Under the pieces are notes generated by a model that was not told where the DNA came from, searched no databases, and saw only the letters and a program-made list of their open reading frames with translations. DNA of 41,196 nucleotides from an uncultured Candidatus Saccharibacteria bacterium (GTDB lineage: Bacteria; Patescibacteriota; Minisyncoccia; UBA6257), in NCBI GenBank assembly GCA_964441595.1, contig CAYTXM010000001.1, positions 1 to 41,196 on the forward strand. Reading direction: 5' to 3'. Numbering within the stretch: the stretch's first letter is position 1; each line of letters opens with the position of its first letter. The position numbers and the translations under genes are program-made. Below, piece by piece: positions 17,273 to 24,190 of the stretch.

Positions 17273-17305
17273 ATTTTATTATTGCTCAGTTTTTAGAATC
17301 TATCG

Positions 17306-17334
17306 TTGACTACTACGATTAAATATGTTATATT
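17306..17334 (+). promoter_or_regulatory. Cassette promoter (copy 2)
   Basis: Identical to 15060-15088. Confidence 0.6.
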
Positions 17335-17338
17335 TATA

Positions 17339-17443
17339 ATATTCTGTAATGGGATATTTTTAGTTCTTTGAAAAGGGTACCTTCTGATACACACAAGGAA
17401 ATTGGTTATTATCTTTGTTAGTACCTAGTTTCCTGGTGTGTAT
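17339..17443 (+). promoter_or_regulatory. Structured 5' leader (copy 2)
   Basis: Identical to 15093-15197. Confidence 0.5.
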
Positions 17444-17474
17444 TAATTTTATAAAAAATAGATGGAGGTGAAAT

Positions 17475-17681
17475 ATGAAAAAGTCAATTTGGGCTATTTT
17501 AGGGATTGTTTTCAATATCACAATAACGATATTTTTATTGCTAAGTTTGTTTGGTTTTGTCCCTAGTTTATCAGAAGATAATAGAGATACATTGATAATT
17601 ATTATAGCAGGTCTATGGATGGTGCAAGTATTAAAGTCTGCCAGCAAAATGCATGAAGAGGAAGATGAAGATAAAAATTAA
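17475..17681 (+). CDS. Small 2-TM membrane protein (copy 2)
   Basis: Identical to 15229-15435. Confidence 0.6.
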   Translation: MKKSIWAILGIVFNITITIFLLLSLFGFVPSLSEDNRDTLIIIIAGLWMVQVLKSASKMHEEEDEDKN

Positions 17682-17708
17682 AAATTTATTGAAAGGTAAT
17701 GAACAAGA

Positions 17709-17915
17709 ATGAAACGGAAAGTAATTTTGTTACGAAATGATTCAAAAGAAAGCCAAAAAGCAGAAAAGATTCTAAAAGAAAATAATATTGAATATGCTCA
17801 ACTTTTCAGTACCGACGGACGTTTACCATGCATAATAAGTCCTGATCACGCGTATTCTTTTGATGGCATAGGAGGTGTTCGACTTTTTGTTAGTGGTGCT
17901 AAGACAACCAAATGA
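17709..17915 (+). CDS. Cysteine-less NrdH/glutaredoxin-like protein (copy 2)
   Basis: Identical to 15463-15669. Confidence 0.45.
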   Translation: MKRKVILLRNDSKESQKAEKILKENNIEYAQLFSTDGRLPCIISPDHAYSFDGIGGVRLFVSGAKTTK

Positions 17916-18035
17916 TTTTGTTTTATCTCCGCTAAAGGAAAGAAGATGGAAAAAGTAAAGAATAGATATAGAATTAGAGAATTATTAGTTAGATGGAGAC
18001 ATTATTAATGGAACAAAAAAAAGGAGGAAAAGAAA

Positions 18036-18323
18036 ATGAAAGTGTCGGTAAGAAAAATGAACGAGTTAAACAAAAAAACGAGAAAAGTATTAAAAACCCA
18101 TCTTACAAAGCTTCCTGAGGATTTTCAAGAAATGTCTTGGAAAGAATATATTGAGACCCAAGGGTTATATGGGGTGGAACAATACGTAGTCCAACCCTAC
18201 ACCGCATATTTTTGGATAAAGGGGAAGCTTTTTATTAAGCGTCAGGGCGATTGTCATCCGATTATACGGATTACCGATTCTAACGTATTACCCCCATATT
18301 TTCCTTTACACGATGAAGATTGA
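18036..18323 (+). CDS. Hypothetical 95-aa protein (copy 2)
   Basis: Identical to 15790-16077. Confidence 0.55.
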   Translation: MKVSVRKMNELNKKTRKVLKTHLTKLPEDFQEMSWKEYIETQGLYGVEQYVVQPYTAYFWIKGKLFIKRQGDCHPIIRITDSNVLPPYFPLHDED

Positions 18324-18398
18324 TCTGAAAGGATTTTCCGACCCTTTGGTAGGTGGCGTAATTTATTATTGTTACTATAAAAAAGGAGAAATGAAATT

Positions 18399-18500
18399 AT
18401 GTACGGAGAATTTCCTGTGCAACAGAGAGTCCCTTTGACTAATCAGGTAGAAACTTTAAGGATTAAAGAGGAAATGTTAAGGAAAATGATTTTTCCTTAA
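18399..18500 (+). CDS. Possible 33-aa micro-protein (copy 2)
   Basis: Identical to 16153-16254. Confidence 0.3.
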   Translation: MYGEFPVQQRVPLTNQVETLRIKEEMLRKMIFP

Positions 18501-18530
18501 ATTAAGTTTATAGTTTAATAAACTTAGAAG

Positions 18531-18562
18531 AAAACCCCATTTTTTAAATGGGGTTTTATATT
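18531..18562 (+). terminator. Cassette terminator (copy 2)
   Basis: Identical to 16285-16316. Confidence 0.75.
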
Positions 18563-18813
18563 TAAAATCTGATTTCATTTATCAATTTTATAAACAGATT
18601 TTAATATTGTCAGTAATTGGAATCAGGCTCCCAACCTGCAGGCAGAATTTTAGTTCAAATTGAGTTGTTTTTAGCTGATATTGACCTAAATAGATTTTGT
18701 TTGTAAAATATATTATAGGAAATAAAGTTAATAAAGAATTATTAATTAATATGCAATATTTAAAAGAAAATGAAAATTAATATGTTGTATTCAGAAGAAA
18801 ACGAATGTTAGAA

Positions 18814-18881
18814 GCTGGATAATATAGTTATTTTAAGTTATCCACAATTTACTTGACTTAAATAATTTTTATTGGTAGAGT
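18814..18881 (+). promoter_or_regulatory. DnaA-box pair plus outward promoter (copy 2)
   Basis: TTATCCACA at 18838-18846. TTGACT 18853-18858. -10 at 18876-18881. Confidence 0.5.
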
Positions 18882-18901
18882 ATATTATAGAAAATTAAAA
18901 C

Positions 18902-18970
18902 AAAAACGGTGGGGATAGTTCTAAGGATCTTTTTACAGGGTTCTGAAGAGTTTTAGCCCCACCGTTTTTT
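18902..18970 (+). ncRNA. Candidate short structured RNA or long-stem terminator just downstream of the copy-2 outward promoter
   Basis: A 13-bp perfect stem, AAAAACGGTGGGG (18902-18914) with CCCCACCGTTTTT (18957-18969), encloses 42 nt and is followed by TTTTTTCTTTT. Confidence 0.35.
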
Positions 18971-19017
18971 CTTTTCAGGGCCCTGTAAAAGGGTCTTTAA
19001 ATTTAAAAAATAAAAGG

Positions 19018-19563
19018 ATGAAACATAAAAAAAGAAATATAAAATTTTTTAGATCGTGGTATTTTATTGTTTCTGTTATTTTTTTAATTTTAGGACTAAT
19101 CACAAGTTGGTTAGTTTGGTATTTTAGTGCAGAGGTAAGACAAGCTCGACAATATAAAAAAGATGCAGAGATTCTAACTAAAAAAATTCAGGAACAAGCA
19201 GAAGAATACGCAACTGATATTTATGGCGGAGAAACACCAGAAGAAACATACGGAATGTTTCTACAGGCTTTAAAGACGGAAGACATTAGTTTGGCGAGTA
19301 AGTATTTTATTTTGGATAAGCAAGAAGAATATAAACAATTTTTTACTGACATTAAAAACAATAATAAATGGGATGAAATGATTAAAGACTTATTCATTTC
19401 TGATAACCAGAAAGGGATAATGAGAGAAAACAATACATATGTCATTCGCATTTATAATACTGAGGATTATTTAATTGCGCAGGCCGTCTTAAAAATACCG
19501 ATAAATATTACTGGAGTAGACAAGGAATCGCTTCCTAATATTTGGAAGATAATAGAATTTTAA
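19018..19563 (+). CDS. Membrane-anchored hypothetical protein (N-terminal TM, 181 aa)
   Basis: Basic N-terminus, then a hydrophobic helix (WYFIVSVIFLILGLITSWLVWYF), then a soluble domain with no recognised motifs. Confidence 0.6.
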   Translation: MKHKKRNIKFFRSWYFIVSVIFLILGLITSWLVWYFSAEVRQARQYKKDAEILTKKIQEQAEEYATDIYGGETPEETYGMFLQALKTEDISLASKYFILDKQEEYKQFFTDIKNNNKWDEMIKDLFISDNQKGIMRENNTYVIRIYNTEDYLIAQAVLKIPINITGVDKESLPNIWKIIEF

Positions 19564-19602
19564 TAGTTTTAAGCTTTAAACTTTTAAGTCCCACTAATTA
19601 AT

Positions 19603-22600
19603 ATGAGAAAAAGCCCCACCAGTTTTTTGATTATTTGTTTATTTATATATTTATTTTTTTTATCTAATTTTTCTGTTTTTGCTTACGACGCTAAAACTAC
19701 GCATCCAAATTTGACTGAGATAACTGTTGATTTTTACAATCAACAGTTTTCTGATTATCACTTGAATGAAACAGAAAAACAGCTTTTAATGCAAGGCAGC
19801 ATTGATGAGGATGATGGCATCAGATGTCTTAATCATTTTTATGATCCAGTGTTTAATAAAACATGGCAATTTGGAGGGGCAGAGCGTTTTTTTCCAGCTT
19901 TAACAGCTAAAGAGTGGGCGCAGAATCCTTTTGCTCAAGCCATTTATGATCCTGTTTACTCAGTCCTTATTGGTCCAATAGCTAAAAGTCCGGTTTTTTC
20001 CAAGACTAATTTTACTTGGCAACAAGCTATCTATAGATATGTAAAAGGGAATCGAGTCGAAGCTTTTAATGCTCTTGGACATATTTTACATTTGATACAG
20101 GACATGAGTGTGCCAGAACACACTAGGCAAAATGTTCATATATTTTTTATACCAAATGCAGGTAGTCCTTATGAATCCTATACAGCTAAAAATAATAAAG
20201 ATTTTTACGGACAAACGCGAAAGAGTATTGAAAATCAGGAACCTGTTAAAAGAACTACCCTTGACGAATATTTTAATGAAATTGCTCTCTATTCTAATAA
20301 TTATTTTTATAGCCCTGATTCAATTTCTGATTCAAGGTATAAATTACCACAACCTGTTTTTTCTGAAGTGCCTGAGCTAATAAATGGAAAATTAATTTTC
20401 TATGTGTTAGGAGAAGACGAAAATCGCGATGTTTTTCATTTAGCGCTTGTTTTAAAAAATAATATAGGTTGGCGACTATCTTCTGGCCCTACTATTTACT
20501 CTTTAGAAGATGATAATGTCCTTGAAGATTATTGGCAGAGATTATCTAAAAGAGCGGTTTTAAATGGTGCAGGTGTGATTGATTTGTTTTTTCAAGAGGT
20601 AGAAAAAGCAAGATCTAAATCCGATTTTATATCAAAAAATGAAAAAAATGTATTGACTGCTATGATGGGCGGTCTTTCTGGTTTTATTAATGATATATTT
20701 CAAAAAGATTCTGGCTTTATAATCATGGATGATATTTCTGATAGTTCTGTGGTTACGACAACTAAATATTTAGATAGCACAACGACGACCGTGCCCTTTA
20801 ATAACACAACTATTACTAGACGAACTATGACTACCATTGAATCACCGATAATTATTACTAAATTACCTACAACAACGACTAAGTTTACCACTACAACAAC
20901 AAATAGGAAAATTACAACAACTACTCTTAGCTATAAATTATGTTCTTTTAATGTCAACCAAGCCCCAGATAGAAATAAAATAATTATTAATGAAGTTGCT
21001 TGGACTGGGACTCAAAATAGCGCTAATGATGAATGGATAGAATTAAAAAATATTTCGTCGCAGGAAATAGATATTTCTAATTGGCAACTAATAGATAAAG
21101 AAGAGCAGATTAAAATTGTTTTTGAAAAAGGGGATAAGATTCCTGCTGAAGGTTTTTATCTTTTGGAAAGGACAGATGATACTTCAGTCCCTTTTATTCT
21201 TGCTGACGGTATTTATATAGGAGTTCTTAATAATACTGATGAAGGGCTGCGTTTATTTGATAATGATTGCCATCTTCAGGACGAAGTTTTAGCTGATTTA
21301 GATTGGTTAGGTGGGGACAATTTTTCTAAACGAACAATGGAAAGAAAAAATGATTTTTCTTGGCAAACCAGTACTTCCATTGATGGGACTCCCAAGGCAG
21401 AAAACGGCAGTGGTTATATTGAATCCTCTAGTAGTAGCGGTAGTACTTCTACTGCTTCATCAGGCACCTCAACTTCTTCTACCACAACCACTACAGCTAC
21501 TAGTATTACAACTACAACTACAACCACAACAACTCTACCTCCGATTGTTTATCCTAAAATTTTAATAAATGAAATAAAGGTAGCAGGGAAAGACGAAAAC
21601 GCCAAAACAATAGCTTATGATGAATTTATAGAGCTTTTTAACCCGAATGAATTTGAAGCTGATTTAACAGGCTGGTATTTACAAAAGAAAACAAGTGAAG
21701 GAGAGCAGTTCTCCTCTTTGGTGCCGGCTGATTTGTTAGAGAATAAAAAGATTAATGCTTTGGATTATTTTTTGATTGCTCATGTTTCAAGCACACATAC
21801 TGGCAATGCTGATATTTTAATTTCTAATTATTCTGTTACAGATAATAATATTCTTATCTTAAAAAATCCTAATAGAGAAATTGTTGATAAAGTAGGGTTT
21901 GGAGAAGCAAATGATTGTGATATTAATTGCGCGGTACATCCTGAATCAGGCCAAAGCATTCAAAGAAAGTATAAAGAAGGTAATTTCTTGGATTCTGATA
22001 ATAATGCTAATGATTTTGAAATTCAAAATTGTCCCAACCCTAGAAGTTATTTTTCTAATGATTGTATAGCCCCAATAACTACCACAACCACTGATCCTTC
22101 ATTACCGAACATACCTTATATTACTGAATTTTCTTGGCATCCATTTGAGAAAGATTCTTCCAAAATAGTAATTGATTTTAGAACCAATTCTTACCCTTTT
22201 ATTCCCTCGACAAATCAGACAAGCAATATTTTTACGGCTATGGCACTCTATCTTCAGTCAGATTTTGATGATCCTTCAGTAAATTTCGGCATTCCAATAG
22301 ATTATTTGGGTGATAAGTATAACTGGGAATTAGATAATAATAATCCGGGATTAATATTAACCTATCCTACTTATATTAGTGGCACTCGAAAAGTAGGAAG
22401 TATAATATTTACTGCTGATGAAAATATGGCGGCTAATTCTGCTGCACCAAGAAAACTATCCTATAGAATTGACAAATTACCCGGCGATAATCATTTTATC
22501 GTTAATATTACAGGAACTACTAATGGGCAGAGTTTAAATTTTACTCCTGATCAATACATAACAATTGGATACTATGGATATGCTAATAGCCCGCGATCTT

Positions 22601-23100
22601 ATCTAAAATTAATTGCTTATGATGATACTAAATTTTATTTTAATTCCTCAAATTATTATCATCAACCAACTAATGTAGAAAATTTTAATGTTGAATGTGG
22701 TAATGAGAATTGTGACAATCTGTTTTTTTCCTGGGTGCTAGCTTCAGACGAAGATCCAAAAGATATTTTAAAATATGATATTCATTATGTTTTTGCCGAA
22801 CAAGGAGATGATTCGAGTAATAATAATTTAACGCGACAGTCTTGGGAATGGTCTTCGTCATACAATGTTTTAGGAGAGTCAATTTTTGATACTCAAAACA
22901 ATAAATTTCAACTTCAAGTATCTATTGATGATTTATATTATCTAAAAGCAAAAAGATTACCCGGCGTTTCTCTTGATGTATTTTTTGGCATCAAAGCCCA
23001 AGACAGTGAAGGATTGAAATCAGAAATTCCTAAAATATTTTTTATAAACATTCCGTCAATTGTTCCAGAAATCACCACAACTACTACTCTCGAACCTTAA
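19603..23100 (+). CDS. Large secreted multidomain protein: zinc-dependent phospholipase C/S1-P1-like N-domain, Thr/Ser-rich linkers, two lamin-tail domains, unknown C-terminal region
   Basis: Signal peptide (FLIICLFIYLFFLSNFSVFA). PLC-like motifs TTHPNLT, HFYDP and ALGHILHLIQDMSVPEH. LTD motifs IIINEVAWTGTQNSANDEWIELKNISSQEIDISNWQL and ILINEIKVAG...DEFIELFNPNEFEADLTGWYL. Poly-Thr/Ser linkers. Confidence 0.75.
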   Translation: MRKSPTSFLIICLFIYLFFLSNFSVFAYDAKTTHPNLTEITVDFYNQQFSDYHLNETEKQLLMQGSIDEDDGIRCLNHFYDPVFNKTWQFGGAERFFPALTAKEWAQNPFAQAIYDPVYSVLIGPIAKSPVFSKTNFTWQQAIYRYVKGNRVEAFNALGHILHLIQDMSVPEHTRQNVHIFFIPNAGSPYESYTAKNNKDFYGQTRKSIENQEPVKRTTLDEYFNEIALYSNNYFYSPDSISDSRYKLPQPVFSEVPELINGKLIFYVLGEDENRDVFHLALVLKNNIGWRLSSGPTIYSLEDDNVLEDYWQRLSKRAVLNGAGVIDLFFQEVEKARSKSDFISKNEKNVLTAMMGGLSGFINDIFQKDSGFIIMDDISDSSVVTTTKYLDSTTTTVPFNNTTITRRTMTTIESPIIITKLPTTTTKFTTTTTNRKITTTTLSYKLCSFNVNQAPDRNKIIINEVAWTGTQNSANDEWIELKNISSQEIDISNWQLIDKEEQIKIVFEKGDKIPAEGFYLLERTDDTSVPFILADGIYIGVLNNTDEGLRLFDNDCHLQDEVLADLDWLGGDNFSKRTMERKNDFSWQTSTSIDGTPKAENGSGYIESSSSSGSTSTASSGTSTSSTTTTTATSITTTTTTTTTLPPIVYPKILINEIKVAGKDENAKTIAYDEFIELFNPNEFEADLTGWYLQKKTSEGEQFSSLVPADLLENKKINALDYFLIAHVSSTHTGNADILISNYSVTDNNILILKNPNREIVDKVGFGEANDCDINCAVHPESGQSIQRKYKEGNFLDSDNNANDFEIQNCPNPRSYFSNDCIAPITTTTTDPSLPNIPYITEFSWHPFEKDSSKIVIDFRTNSYPFIPSTNQTSNIFTAMALYLQSDFDDPSVNFGIPIDYLGDKYNWELDNNNPGLILTYPTYISGTRKVGSIIFTADENMAANSAAPRKLSYRIDKLPGDNHFIVNITGTTNGQSLNFTPDQYITIGYYGYANSPRSYLKLIAYDDTKFYFNSSNYYHQPTNVENFNVECGNENCDNLFFSWVLASDEDPKDILKYDIHYVFAEQGDDSSNNNLTRQSWEWSSSYNVLGESIFDTQNNKFQLQVSIDDLYYLKAKRLPGVSLDVFFGIKAQDSEGLKSEIPKIFFINIPSIVPEITTTTTLEP

Positions 23101-23109
23101 GTGGAACCC

Positions 23110-23138
23110 TTGACTGATATCTTTATTAGTTATATAAT
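23110..23138 (+). promoter_or_regulatory. Consensus sigma70-type promoter of the second small-gene operon
   Basis: TTGACT (23110-23115), 17 nt, TATAAT (23133-23138). Followed by the hairpin ATACTCT-GTAAT-AGAGTAT plus TTTTT (23144-23166). Confidence 0.6.
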
Positions 23139-23243
23139 ATGAAATACTCTGTAATAGAGTATTTTTAGTTTTTTAGTAAATAGAGCTTGGTTCTTTGAAA
23201 ATATTTTTAGAAAAAGCATAAATAATCAATAGGAGGTGAAATT

Positions 23244-23576
23244 ATGCTAATTAAAAACAAAGTAATAGAAGTAAAAGGGATAAGATTTTCCGGAGAAGTC
23301 AATGGTAAAGAAGTTGGTAGGGCGTTTTTATATATTCTTTGTAATAATCTTCATAAAAGACCTTTTGGGTTTTTAGAAGATGCATATATTGACAAAAAGT
23401 TAAGAGGGCAAGGAAAAGGCACTGAATTGCTTAATGAAGTAATTAAAGAAGCAAAAAAGCATAAATGTTATAAAATTGTTGCCACAAGCAGATATTCCAG
23501 GCCCAAAGTTCATAAACTTTATAAACGTCTTGGTTTTCAATATCAAGGATTTGAATTTAGATTAGATCTTTCATAA
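23244..23576 (+). CDS. Minimal GNAT-family N-acetyltransferase (110 aa)
   Basis: Acetyl-CoA binding motif KKLRGQGKGTELLNEVIKEAKK (R/Q-x-x-G-x-G/A) and C-terminal KLYKRLGF. SD GGAGGTG. Confidence 0.65.
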   Translation: MLIKNKVIEVKGIRFSGEVNGKEVGRAFLYILCNNLHKRPFGFLEDAYIDKKLRGQGKGTELLNEVIKEAKKHKCYKIVATSRYSRPKVHKLYKRLGFQYQGFEFRLDLS

Positions 23577-23614
23577 TAGCTAAAAAATTTTAGATAAGGA
23601 GGTAAGAAGAAATA

Positions 23615-23803
23615 ATGCGGAGAGGTAGAAGTATTACTTGTTCATTCTGTAATAATAAGTTTTATAGTTTGACACAATTTTATGCTCATATGGAAAATTG
23701 TGAAGAAAGAAAAAAATGGGAGAATGAAAAGCCTTGCTGGGAAACGAAATTGCAAGGATGTAAGACAGAAAATAAGAGTAGAAAAAAGGAGGTATTGTTA
23801 TGA
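23615..23803 (+). CDS. Small C2HC zinc-finger protein (62 aa)
   Basis: CSFCNNKFYSLTQFYAHMENC gives C-x2-C-x12-H-x3-C. Basic C-terminal tail. SD AAGGAGGT upstream. Confidence 0.55.
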   Translation: MRRGRSITCSFCNNKFYSLTQFYAHMENCEERKKWENEKPCWETKLQGCKTENKSRKKEVLL

Positions 23804-23976
23804 ATAAGGTAATAGAAAAAAAACGGAAAAAAGAAGAAATAGAAAAATGTGTTCTTTGTGGCGAACCCACACCGTATCTTATAACAACACCAATTAGTGA
23901 ACGCAATTATTATATAGAAGGATCTGGGCAACTGTGTGGGAATTGTCATAGGGATATTTACAAAGAGGTGCAATAA
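23800..23976 (+). CDS. Small zinc-ribbon protein (58 aa), translationally coupled (ATGA overlap); not in the ORF track
   Basis: Hand translation MNKVIEKKRKKEEIEKCVLCGEPTPYLITTPISERNYYIEGSGQLCGNCHRDIYKEVQ, with CxxC...CxxC. SD AAGGAGGT 6 nt upstream. TAA at 23974-23976. Confidence 0.55.
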   Translation: MNKVIEKKRKKEEIEKCVLCGEPTPYLITTPISERNYYIEGSGQLCGNCHRDIYKEVQ

Positions 23977-24000
23977 GAACTAAAGAAAGGAGGGATTGTT

Positions 24001-24051
24001 ATGATAGTAATTTCTTTTCTAATTTCCTTTCTAAAAAGTAGACCGCCTTAG
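24001..24051 (+). CDS. Possible 16-aa hydrophobic micro-ORF (MIVISFLISFLKSRPP)
   Basis: Preceded by GGAGGGATTGTTATGA, which nearly copies the SD-start context of the previous gene (GGAGGTATTGTTATGA). Confidence 0.25.
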   Translation: MIVISFLISFLKSRPP

Positions 24052-24097
24052 CAGAATGGTAAAACAAAAAAAATAAATAAAGACGGAAGCTCTTCGC

Positions 24098-24135
24098 AGG
24101 GAGGGTATAGATAATTCTATCCCTCCCTATTTTAT
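24098..24135 (+). terminator. Rho-independent terminator of the second small-gene operon
   Basis: AGGGAGGG(T)ATAG-ATAATT-CTATCCCTCCCT followed by ATTTTATT. Confidence 0.7.
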
Positions 24136-24190
24136 TAATTTGAATTTTATATTTTGGTATAGTATTATAGATCTATACCAATTTTTTTTT

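Larger units (their letters stand above)
16721..18894 (+). repeat. Tandem direct repeat, copy 2
   Basis: See copy 1. Identity ends at ...TATAGAAAATT (18894), after which unique sequence begins. Confidence 0.95.

Noticed and set aside
20750-21545. Repetitive ACA/ACT/ACC-rich DNA (20750-20930, 21420-21545, 22075-22095) considered as a possible CRISPR or tandem-repeat array.
   Set aside because: The repeats are in frame within the 1,165-aa ORF and encode poly-Thr/Ser linkers. There is no repeat-spacer periodicity. No CRISPR array exists anywhere in the window.
23634-23973. Two overlapping minus-strand ORFs (90 and 95 aa) opposite the zinc-finger genes.
   Set aside because: The plus-strand ORFs have strong SD sites, translational coupling and CxxC/zinc motifs. 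The minus-strand products are Phe-rich shadow frames.
14405-24190. Calling the accessory region a prophage, an integrative element or an IS.
   Set aside because: There is no integrase, recombinase, transposase, capsid or terminase gene, no tRNA-adjacent att site and no terminal inverted repeats. Only the circumstantial phage-like features noted in the findings are present.
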